DNA of 63,988 bases, the filler included, from Asterionella formosa (lineage: Eukaryota): NCBI GenBank assembly GCA_002256025.1. It is 19 parts of 19 records of this genome, joined end to end, with 100 filler letters (N's around TTAATTAATTAA, not from the genome) between each part and the next. Parts side by side here need not be neighbours in the genome. Positions count along the whole stretch, not along the records: positions 1 to 3,288 come from NKIB01014281.1; positions 3,389 to 6,676 come from NKIB01014282.1; positions 6,777 to 10,062 come from NKIB01014284.1; positions 10,163 to 13,447 come from NKIB01014285.1; 15 more parts are not named here. The stretch is one strand, 5' to 3'. Shown in pieces: positions 1 through 10,409 of the stretch. The notes beneath the pieces are model-generated. The model did no database searches, was not told the origin of the DNA, and was given only the letters and a program-made list of their open reading frames with translations. Every line of letters begins with the position of its first letter. Within the stretch, counting starts at the first letter, position 1. The translations under genes and the position numbers were made by a program.

Positions 1-1169
1 GACATTAAACAAGACACTGCTTGTTCTTTAGGTGACTAGAAATACTGCATCGCGAGAACTATCACTAATTCCCCTCACTAACCCATTGTGTATTTTCGGA
101 GGACACATTCTTTGTGAAATGAAGTTAATGGACCTTGGGCTATTTGGTGTCATCTGTTGGACCAGGCAATGATAAACATTGCATATTCTTCTTCTAACTC
201 TTTTGCTTTTCCTTTTGTTGTGGAGGAGTCATTCATACTGTGCGTTGCTCCAATTATTCATGTTATTGTTGTATTAGTAGTCTTATGTTTTGTGTGGATA
301 CTGTCAAAGTGTTATCAAAGCTGCTAGTAACATTGTTTTTCAAATTGCGCATCTCTAGTTTACTTGGAAACTGTGCCATCGTCGACTTCAATTTTCGTTG
401 TCTTCAATTTTCATTGTCAATAATAGTGTAATTAGGAAATTTCTTTTATGATCCTTCTGTGAATGTTGTTATTGATATAGTTTCAAGTTGCAAAGCGTCG
501 TTCTCATTTTTCATGGAGATGTTTCTTTATTTTGTGATGGTCAAGGCTGAGATGACATGATGCAGCTCCAGCCGCTCAGAACGACTAGACTGTAGCACTG
601 TGGTGTCTTATATAGGCAAACATCACGCAGCCTTTGCTAAATAATTACATATTTGTGACTATGAGGAGCGCTACCTTGAGTACCCTGTCATTCAGGGATG
701 ATCCATCAAAAGGTAGAGTATGATATAGCAGTATGTATTGTATGTATGGGTGGTATGGAGAAGTATAATTAGCAACAGTGTTCCATAGGCAGGTATTAAA
801 ATTCTTAATCGCTGGTTGAATGTACAAATAGCTACGACTCTACCGGTAGTATAACATACTCAGATCAACAAATTTGTGTCATAGTATCATGTATGACCCG
901 GCTGCTCGAAAAAATATTTGACAGTGCATTCTAGTATTTTACTGGTACGCGTACACTACTATAACCAATGATGATCAGCTACCAGTGTGGCCAGCGTCGG
1001 ATTGCAAGACCTCGCAGCAAACTAGGCCAACTGAGGAATGGATGTACATTTAACCAATTAGTATATGAATAATGAAGCGGGCCCTTACAATGGAACTTTT
1101 GTGCAAGAAATTTTACGTCTAAAAATTTTAGCGCTAAACTAACATTCCGATGATGATGTTTTGGCGATT

Positions 1170-2560
1170 AGTAATTCTGATTCCGATATTTTGGAGAAGA
1201 TAGAAAAGGCCGATTTTGTCGAATTTTTGGAGAGCAATAGCTCAATGGTCGATGGGTCTGAAGGCGATTTCAATATATAGGTAACCTTCAAATAGCCTCA
1301 GTTTATATCTTCCGGTGAGAGAAACTGCAGAAAGGAATTTCGGATTTTTACTGTACCAAATGAACAGATTTACTCCGAATTTTCTAGTCTTTTTAGCATT
1401 AAAAAACCCCAAGTTCCTTTCTGCAGTTTCTTGTCAGATCTTTCTTGTCAGATCCTAGTATATCCTGAAATTATATAAAGTGGACCTCCACCCCTACTTT
1501 GTCCAAAGACTGTATGTAAGCATATGGATAGGGTGTCTAATGGTGAAAGCTCTGTTGATCATATATTTTAGACATGAAAAGTACTTGTTTGATTAGTCTG
1601 ACTCAATATTATTTATTTAAGGTTGTGGCCCCACAGTTAAACATTGCGAGGTCCTTTTTTCCCAAAAGAATCTTATGATGGACCTTATTCCACACATTAC
1701 GTACAAGTAAATAAAATAGTTAAAGGTAAAACTAGCTTTCACCAATACGACCCCTTTGCATATGCTTAGAGATAGTCATGGGTCGGCTTAGGGGTATGTT
1801 CTATCTTCGGATATGTTAAGGACCTCATTTCTGTAGAGAAACTGCAGTTTTGAATCAGAGATGCATAACTATAGCAAAAATAGTCGAAAAAGGGGCTAGA
1901 AAACTTAAAAAATCTACAAGGGGTAACTGCAGTTTCTCTCCGGAAGCTAACTCCTGACGTTATAGGGTACATGGCTATCTATTTTAATCTTCATGAAATC
2001 CCGTAGATGTAGAGCAATCCTTCTCCAAAAAGTCGACCCGAGCGATCAGCTTTTTCAAAACAGTCGCCAAAATATTGGAATCAGAATTTTTTTCGTGCAA
2101 AAACGTTCTCGTACACTTAGAGTCTTGCCTAGGTATGTTTTGCTGCATAATTCTCAGTCTGAAAAGACTCCAGGGTAAGTTGCCACATCACTACATATAT
2201 TCTGATAGGTTGAATTTAATTTATAATTTACTCACCTGCTCCAGATTGGCTGAAGTATTCCGATCTTGTAAAATTATGCCAACCAAACTTGAACCACATG
2301 TATTAGATGCACTGTATACCGGTAGGTAAAATCAGTACTGCTGGTACCTTGTACCGGCAGTTTCATCCTGTTGTCCATCATCATCAACCAAGATTATGTG
2401 CTACCAGCTACTGATTTTTATATATACCTTTTTGCAAGTAGTAGTATTAAACCTACATGCTGAAATGTCAATTCTATATAATGTATAAACACAAACCATG
2501 AGCATATATGTTGGCATACTGGTACTCCTTATTTATAAACCGGTATGTGTTTTGGCATGG
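1170..2560. mobile_element. Non-autonomous foldback/MITE-like dispersed element with degenerate inverted arms
   Basis: Arm ~1170-1560 is a degenerate reverse complement of ~1735-2090. Segment ~1870-2560 recurs inverted at ~56660-57412. No credible ORF. Confidence 0.6.
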
Positions 2561-3193
2561 AGCAAAATCATGTCAACATTCAGCAACTTGGATATAGTAT
2601 AAATGTTTAAAGATTCATTTTTGTTTGTTTAAAACAGAACTCTATCAATCTGGCACCAATTCCTATTTAATTCAAATATTCAAATCCACACTCAAATCCT
2701 AGGAATTCATCCCTGTTCCATGCCGTTTTTACAACCCTAGCGACGTTTTCTCCAAACTAGGGTTAGCCAGGGCCGCAAGCTTAACCCTTCCTCGAGCTAG
2801 GGGTTCAAATTATCACAACTTGCTGGTGCCAGATAATGTTACTTTACCCTGGTACCAGGTACCAGGTACCACTACCTGGTACCGGTCCCCTTCAACCTCT
2901 CGTCTGGAAGGATATACAGTATAAGTGTACCTGGTACCAGGTACAGCTAACTTTGAAGGCGGCTAGCTGGAACATGAAATATTTCTGTGTTTGGGGCTTG
3001 ATATACAGATATGCAGATATGTATACCTTTCGCATTCTTTCCATTTTCTTTATGGAACTACCGTTATGTCCCCGGTAGTGCTCACATTAGTTTTCTTTTT
3101 TCTCGAAAGGAAAGCAACCTTCATCAAGATATCAAAACTCACCATCCGTTTTGCTGCATGCTGTTCAAGATTTGGATCTACAGGATTTGTACT

Positions 3194-3288
3194 ATGCACC
3201 AAACGCTGTTGATTGTCGCGTTGGGAGTGTTTGGTTTGACAATACAAGCCTTTCAACCTCGTCCGGCATTTATCCGATCACAGCGCCC
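3194..3288 (+). CDS. 5' end of a probable plastid-targeted protein (bipartite presequence), truncated by contig end
   Basis: MHQTLLIVALGVFGLTIQA-FQPRPAFIRSQR: a hydrophobic signal peptide, then Phe at +1 and an Arg/Ser/Pro-rich transit-like stretch, resembling the diatom ASAFAP motif. Confidence 0.6.
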
Positions 3289-3388
3289 NNNNNNNNNNNN
3301 NNNNNNNNNNNNNNNNNNNNNNNNNNNNNNNNTTAATTAATTAANNNNNNNNNNNNNNNNNNNNNNNNNNNNNNNNNNNNNNNNNNNN
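3289..3388. other. Artificial contig linker (N44-TTAATTAATTAA-N44), first of 18
   Basis: The same 100-bp linker, with stops in all six frames, recurs at 6677, 10063, 13448, 16834, 20216, 23601, 26985, 30367, 33750, 37133, 40516, 43898, 47277, 50656, 54035, 57413 and 60789. Intervening contigs are about 3.28 kb and roughly decrease in length. Confidence 0.98.
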
Positions 3389-4014
3389 ATGGCACACTTC
3401 CCACAGAGATTGGACTCTTGACAAGTCTCACTCATCTAGATTTGTCCTCTAATACATTCAATGGCACACTTCCCACAGAGATTGGACTCTTGACAAGTCT
3501 CACTCTTCTAGATTTTTTTGCCCATACTGTCGATGGCACAAATTGGATAGGTTTCATTGTTGAAAATTCGTTTGATAATGGAACAGCACTTTCAACTCCT
3601 GGCACCTCACAGGAGAAGGCACTGACATGGGTGCGGCAGAATGCAGAATATAATTTTGCCAAAAACTATATTTTGCAACTATATGGATTGGCAGTGTTAA
3701 ATTATGCCACTGGTGATCTACTTTCAGGCCTATCATGGTTGAAAAAAAGTGGAATCTCTTCTCAATACAATTTTTGTGATTGGGATTACATTTCTTGCAA
3801 GGGTGGGAAAGATATCACTGATTTGACACCTTCTCAGTCTCAACTTGTTGGATCCCTTCCGCCCAAGATTGGACTCTTGACAAGTCTAACTCTTCTAGAT
3901 TTGTCTCACAATATATTCTATGGCACACTTCTGACAGAGATTGGCCTCTTGACAAATCTCAATTATCTAAATTTGTCAAACAATACTTTTACTGGCACAC
4001 TAACAAATCATTGA
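3389..4014 (+). CDS. LRR receptor-like protein fragment (LRR-LRR / Cys N-cap / LRR-LRR), rearranged
   Basis: Plant-type 24-aa LRRs (GTLPTEIGLLTSLxxLDLSxNxF) lie on both sides of a cap domain (TSQEKALTWV...LQLYGLAVLNYAT...FCDWDYISC). Confidence 0.75.
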
Positions 4015-4057
4015 GAATCTCTCACTAACGAAATGAGTCATATCATTTTACGACAAA

Positions 4058-5300
4058 GAATCTATTGATTTTTCATGAAATGCCATAGATGGATCACTAC
4101 CAAGTGAACTGGGTCTATTGACAAGTGTTACAGATTTATATGTACACCAGAATCTGCTTACTGGCCCAATTCCAAAGGAGCTTGGACAGTTGACCAACAT
4201 TACAACATTGTCATTGTATGAAAACAAGTTGACAGGAACACTTCCACCAGAAATTGGCCAATGGGCTAACCTTGTTGTTAAATTGTTTCTACAAAATAAT
4301 GAATTACAGGGAACACTTCCGACAGAGATTGGATTGTTGACAAAACTATCAGCATTGTATATCAACTATAATTACTTCACTGGTCCACTTCCTTCAGAAA
4401 TTGGATATTTGACAAATCTCATTGATTTTAAAGCAAATTCCAACCGTCTCGTTGGCACACTTCCTACAGAGATTGGATACCTGAGAGGTCTAACAACATT
4501 GTATCTATTTGAAAACAAGTTGACTGGTCCACTTCCTTCAGAAATTGGCTATTTGACAAATCTCATTGATTTTGAAGCATTCAGAAACCAGTTCAATGGA
4601 ACACTTCCTACAGAGATTGGATTCTTGACAGGTCTAACAGTATTAGTTCTTTGGGAAAACCAGTTGACTGGTTCGTTTCCGACAGAAATTGGCAATTTGA
4701 AAAATGTTGCAACATTTGATGCAAGCACAAACCTTCTCAATGGAACACTCACAAACCTTCTCAATGGAACACTTCCTTCAGAAATTGGATTCTTGACAAG
4801 TCTAACATTATTGCATCTATTTAATAATCAGTTGACTGGTGCACTTCCAACAGAAATGGGCAATTTGACAAGCATTGCAGATTTTCAAGCAAGCACAAAC
4901 CATTTCAATGGAACACTTCCCACAGAGATTGGATTATTGACAAATCTAACGTTATTGTATCTACAAATTAATCAGTTGACTGGTGTACTTCCGGCAGAAA
5001 TTGGCAATTTGACAATTCTCAATGATTTTGAGATTCATTCCAATATGTTTACTGGTGCAATTCCCACAGAAATTGGTCTCATGTCTTCATTGAGTAAGTT
5101 TTGTTTATCTGAAACTGACATTTTATGACCATTTGTTCTAAAATTTCACTTTCTTGACAGCCACATTATCTTTTGAAAAGAATAATTTTACAGGGCCAGT
5201 TCCAACAGAAGCATGTAATATTACAAAAATACAGAGCATTTTTGTTTGCCCACCACTGATTTGCAAATGTGGTAGCCACTGTTTCACGTATTGTTTTTAA
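4058..5300 (+). CDS. LRR array (about 14 repeats) of a receptor-like protein, possibly pseudogenised
   Basis: ORF 4118-5128 consists of LxxLxLxxNxLxGxLPxEIG repeats. An in-frame TGA sits just upstream (~4076). A probable intron runs from GTAAGT (~5094) to ACAG (5160), followed by a last exon with a Cys-rich C-cap ending ~5300. Confidence 0.8.
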
Positions 5301-5450
5301 TCATTTTTTGCTCTGATGATTTGTGTAGATGCATACTCAATTTATATCTTAAGGCGGCCAGAATTCCATGATAGTAGTAAAATACCAAGCATCTGCTGGT
5401 ATTAATTCGATTCATTTATATAACATTTTAAATATTAGCAAATTGTCTGT

Positions 5451-6538
5451 CTATTTTCTGTCATGGAATCTTGGCATGGCACTGTCTGGTGTTGGCATCG
5501 GCGATTCATCAAAATAAATCGACTTGCTTGCCTGTTGAGCAGTCCATCGTTTACTGGGATCCCACTTCATTAAATTGGAAAATAATGTGAGACCAACTGG
5601 TGATATTTCAGGAAAGCGATCCCACAGTTTTGCAGGTGAAACTTTGGTAGGAAGTTCAATGGTCTCATTTGCAATCAAGGGTAGTTCTGAAATACCTGGC
5701 CATATGGCCTCATGTGGTGTGCCTAGTTCATTGAAGAGTGTTCTGATCATTTCCATCTCTGTCTTGCCAGTCCAAAGTGGTTTTCCCAATAGCAGTTCTC
5801 CCATGAAACAGCCAGCTCCCCAAATGTCGATGGACTCGTTATACCTGGAGGCACCCAACAACAGCTCTGGTGGTCGATACCACAATGACATCACCTTGGG
5901 GGTCAATGGTACTTTTTACTTGCGACTCAGTCCAAAGTCTGCCAATTTCAGCTCACCATCATATAACAATTGGCGAGCTTTAAATCACGATGTAATATGT
6001 TACGAGCATGTATAAATTCCAGCGCTGAGAAGAGTTGCAAAAAGAGACGCTTGACTTGAGGCAGAGAAAACGGTGACTTGCGATGTATCTGATAGTGCTG
6101 ATCAACTAGCTGAGCCAGATCATGAGGGCAGTAGTCAAACACGAGAAAGACAGCTGAGGATGATACTGCCACTGTTTGTAGTCGAATAATGTTTGGATGG
6201 TGTTGGCTGCTTTGGAGCGTAGCAATCTCCCGAAGTGTAGTTATCGGAAACCCTTCAGTGGCTTCCTGGTGAGGTAAACACCGTTTGAGGGCCACCAGCT
6301 GGTTTGTGTGTTTGTCTCGGGCCTTGTACACAATTCCGTATGTTCCTTCTCCAACGCGTCCAATCTTTTCGTATCGTTCTCCCACACTGGGACAACGACC
6401 ATTGCTCAATTTCGGTTTGTTGTCTGTTGGTTTCAACGAAGTGTTCGACACGGAGCTTTCTCTTCTTCGTTTACGATCAGCAATCTTCGTTTTGATCCCA
6501 GAAGCTTCATCTTTTGATTGAGAAGTCAGCACAGACAT
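5451..6538 (-). pseudogene. CDK10: CDK10/CDK11 (PITSLRE-family) cyclin-dependent kinase, disrupted by a frameshift and an in-frame stop
   Basis: Motifs GEGTYGIVYKARD, PITTLRE, HRDLK, LKLADFGL and TPKVMSLWYRPPELLLGA. The frame shifts after ...KLAN (~5970) and a TAA follows DFGLSRK (~5917). Confidence 0.8.
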
Positions 6539-6929
6539 GGGTATCAGATGAATGCATCCATATATGGTGTGGAACGTGCATGTTAATTGAGTAGAATATG
6601 GAGTACAAAATTGCATTCTTTTGACTTCAACTGATAACCCTTCCGTATGTATGTTATGGCAATTCCCGCTCCAGCTNNNNNNNNNNNNNNNNNNNNNNNN
6701 NNNNNNNNNNNNNNNNNNNNTTAATTAATTAANNNNNNNNNNNNNNNNNNNNNNNNNNNNNNNNNNNNNNNNNNNNTAATTTTATATATTTACTGCAAAC
6801 AAATAGGTATTCAATTCCATAGTAGTAGTACTAATAATTGTTACTACTATTTGGGGTTTCGGGAGGCACTCATGATTATCATGTACTCTACTACCGGTAT
6901 ATGGTAGCAACAATTGTGTACATGATAAA

Positions 6930-7075
6930 CTATTGCATTATGTATTCGCAGACAACATTGGTGGGAAACTGGCAATGTTCAGGAAGGTTGGCATAAGAAA
7001 GCCTATTGCATTATGTATTCGCAGACAACATTGGTGGGAAACTGGCAATGTTCAGGAAGGTTGGCATAAGAAAGC
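6930..7075 (+). repeat. Exact 73-bp tandem duplication
   Basis: CTATTGCATTATG...GCATAAGAAAGC at 6930-7002 and again at 7003-7075. Confidence 0.9.
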
Positions 7076-7869
7076 AAGGAATCCGTTGGGGTCTCCTGGA
7101 TCTCCTTCATTGTAGAAGTGTAATCAAATAAATGTTTTGGTGGAATCATTATATGGATGATCAAATGGGGCGACAAAATGGCATCAGATTTAAAAATCGA
7201 CCTGATAATTTTCAACTGCAAAAACTCTCTGGAATGCAGAGCAGTGCTTAGATGCTCTATGAATGTACTACAACTAGTAGCAGAATCATTTGTCCAATAC
7301 TAAGTAGCACAGCATCTGCCTGCAATTGACTTGCATGCAATCATTGTAGCAAATAAAACTATTTTCATTTTAGCTGTTATAGTCTATCATTTGGTGCAAC
7401 CAATATGGTCGAGATGATGAATTGGTTGCCATTACTACTACTCTTAACAACAATGTGAGAATTGAAAATGTCAACGAGAACAAGTCGAATGTGTTTGTTT
7501 ACGGGTTGATTGGCGAGATTGTCATGCTGAAGTGGACGAAATGGATATACTTTGTGCGCTGTGTGCGGAAACATTACGAGTTCGAATGGTTTCTTCTCTC
7601 CTGTAAACTCTGAATTGAATGATTATGAACAAAGGTTCACTGCACATGACAATTACTCGAAGACATAAAGACCAACAAATTGAAGACGTTATCGCAAACA
7701 TTCATTCCGCTTGTCATCGCTAGTATTTCGTTGTTGTTGCAAAAATCGGAGTGATGACGGATGGAAATGACTAACTTCATTGAAGAATTACCATCCATTT
7801 TTGGAAATTTGACCAATCTTTGTAAGTACAGGCAATAACAATTGTGATTCAAGAGTGTGATTGAATACT

Positions 7870-8452
7870 AACAACATTTTGTTGTGACACAGTTGTTATG
7901 GACTTTGGTGACAATGTTTTATTATCTGGAAATATCAGTTCAAATTGGCCTCAGTTGACAAAACTACGTAAGTAAATGAAAAAATTGAAGATTAAAAAAC
8001 CAGCAAATCATTGATTTTTCACATTTTGTACACACTTAATGATTACAGGACATTTGAACTTTGGACATGGAGATCACCAAATTCGAAATGGAAATGATCT
8101 GACTGGAAAAATTCCAACTGAGCTAGGTCTCTTGTCAAGCTTAACATTCTTATCATTGGGTCCTAATCGGTTAACTGGCACACTTCCCACAGAGATTGGA
8201 CTCTTGACAAGTCTCACTGATCTACGTTTGTATTTCAATACTTTCACTGGCACACTTCCCACAGAGATTGGACTCTTGACAAGTCTCAATTATCTAGATT
8301 TGTCTTACAATACTTTCACTGGCACACTTCCCACAGAGATTGGACTATTGACAAGTCTCAATTATCTAGATTTGGCCAATAATACTTTCACTGGCACGCT
8401 TCCTGCACCATTCAATTCCTTGAACCCTGTTTCTTCACCAGCTTTTGTATAG
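7870..8452 (+). CDS. LRR protein 3' part (about 5 LRRs), upstream exon degenerate
   Basis: ORF 8039-8452 contains near-identical 72-bp LRR units. A probable intron runs from GTAAGT (~7968) to ACAG (~8048). The upstream exon reads CDTVVMDFGDNVLSGNIS. Confidence 0.75.
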
Positions 8453-8531
8453 AGTTAGGGTATGTGTATGTGTGAGGGCTACAATGACTATTATCAAAGC
8501 GACGATGGGTGACTACTTAAGTTGCCAAGGG

Positions 8532-8615
8532 TTAGTGTTAGGGTTAGGGTTAGGGTTAGGGTTAGGGATAGGAATAGGGAAAGAGAGAGGGAGAGGGATA
8601 GTGATAGGGATAGGT
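8532..8615 (+). repeat. Interstitial telomeric repeat (TTAGGG)5 decaying to ATAGGG/AGAGGG
   Basis: Five perfect TTAGGG copies at 8538-8567, flanked by variant hexamers. Confidence 0.85.
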
Positions 8616-8805
8616 AGAGTGGAGATTGGACTATTGACAATTTTTACTGATCTACCGGTATATTTGTTGAACAATACTTTTTTCCTTTGGAGATGTAACT
8701 CAAAAAAGCGCAAGACAACCAGCCAAAGGTTACAAAGGCGAAATCAAATAGTTAGTTTGCATAACTTTTTTTTAAGCAAAAACATGTTTATCGCAATGCA
8801 CTTAC

Positions 8806-9766
8806 TCATTCTTTCACTTAGAACTGCTACTTCTGGAGGAATGGATCCAACAAGACCTTCACCACTGAGTTGCAGTGATGTTATAAATGTTCCATTGCAA
8901 CCAATTCCTTTCCAATCACAAAAGTTGTAGTTGCCATATTCATTTGGTTCTAGCCATTTTTCATAAGTATTTGATTGAGACAGAGTACTAAGCCATGTTT
9001 TTCCAAATGCTTCAAAATAGATTACCGCCAAAACATAGTGTTGGAGCAAGTTGAAATCAATTTCAGGGCTTTGCTGTGGTATTAGCTTCTCTTCTAACCA
9101 TGACATGGCCCTATATTGAGATGTGCCAGCAGTTTCAAGTGCTGCACCATCATCAAATGCATTGTCAGCCAAGTAACCAAACAAATTTGAAGAAGGGCTT
9201 TGTGATGGAATATCTGTTGGAGTCATTGTTGGAATATTGCTTGTTGTTGGAGAACCTGTTGGTGCTAATGTGGGGTTAGGGGTTTGTTCAGGTCTTGTGA
9301 GCTGAATGGGAGTTGCAATGATTGTGACTAACAAGCCAATTACCAAGAAAAGCACCAAGGCCATCCGCACTTGACGTTTACATTGAGCTTTTTCTTCAGC
9401 TTCAATGTCAACAACAGAGGCTCTTGCAAGTTCTGGATCAACCACTAGCTCAGCATTGAATAGTGTTGTATGTTCCAGCTGGCCATCGTAGGTGTCAATA
9501 GCAACATTGTCATTCACATAAGAATTGTTCTGTGAAGATGTCACTAATCCCAGTACTGGAAATGCACCAGGAAGTGTCTGTTGTGGTGGTGGTGGTGGTG
9601 GTGCTACAACTTCTTGATTCGGAACTCTTGTTGGTTCCATCAAAGACACCTCGCATTTTTTCGCTGCAGTTGTTGCATCGCTCAACTTTAACTCCCATTG
9701 TATCTTGTCATGTAGGGTGAGGAAGTGGCGCCATTGCAGTTGCAACTGGTATTGCAGCGTCGCCAC
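8806..9766 (-). CDS. Single-pass (type II) LRR receptor-like protein, first exon(s); LRR array missing
   Basis: PGAF motif, TM helix (MALVLFLVIGLLVTIIA), Pro/Thr stalk, cap domain (SQYRAMSWL...LLQHYVLAVIYF...FCDWKGIGC) and a first LRR (GLVGSIPPEV). A GTAAGT donor follows at ~8805. The 5' region up to ~10026 appears frame-disrupted. Confidence 0.75.
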
Positions 9767-10162
9767 ATATCATAGTGTCATGGTATCTGGTAAGTAGAAG
9801 TTGCTTTGTTGTTGGGAATGGAAGATTGCCTGCTCGCTTGTAACATGTTGCCATTGTTTTCGTTTGTGCCGCTGTCCACTCTGTTGACTGTTTGTTCAGA
9901 GTTCTGATTGCCGCTGTGTGTGCATCTATTTTCTTATACTCTCGCTCACTCTACACTTCTTCCGCACGCCTCTTCCTTATCAGCTCTTCATCGACCACTT
10001 CAAAAGTTACCTCCCTGCAGCAACATGAAGACCGGCTGTGTATTGTTTAGGTGACCGTTCCANNNNNNNNNNNNNNNNNNNNNNNNNNNNNNNNNNNNNN
10101 NNNNNNTTAATTAATTAANNNNNNNNNNNNNNNNNNNNNNNNNNNNNNNNNNNNNNNNNNNN

Positions 10163-10362
10163 AGCTTGCTGAACCCGTCATGCATCTGTTTTCTATTTCT
10201 TATCCTCTGATAACAGCATCTGTAGGGCTTGGGATAGGACTTTACTCGGAGCTACAGCTTGGCTTTGGATGTTGGATTGGTAGGTTTGCCAAGGCTCTTG
10301 TCGGACACCACATGGGATGAATGGTTTGTCCAGATCTTGTTCCAATCCGTCACTCAAAGGCG

Positions 10363-10409
<47 letters not shown>

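Noticed and set aside
3333..3344. TTAATTAATTAA palindrome recurring every ~3.38 kb as a biological periodic element
   Set aside because: It is always centred in 44+44 Ns, so it is a synthetic six-frame-stop linker between size-sorted contigs.
5915..5919. Stop-codon reassignment or readthrough to explain in-frame stops
   Set aside because: Intact genes (TRAP1, G-beta, LPMO, M66) read normally with the standard code, and the stops co-occur with frameshifts.
8175..8400. Constant repeat plus variable spacer pattern as a CRISPR array
   Set aside because: The 72-bp period is in frame and encodes LRRs. The 'spacers' are homologous to each other, no cas genes are present, and the context is eukaryotic.
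3389..8452. Diversity-generating retroelement acting on the LRR units
   Set aside because: There is no DGR-type RT and no clear template/variable repeat pair, and the differences are not evidently restricted to adenines.
8445..8930. 161-aa ORF with GLGLGLG repeats
   Set aside because: It is a translation of the telomeric tract plus the antisense strand of the LRR receptor gene.
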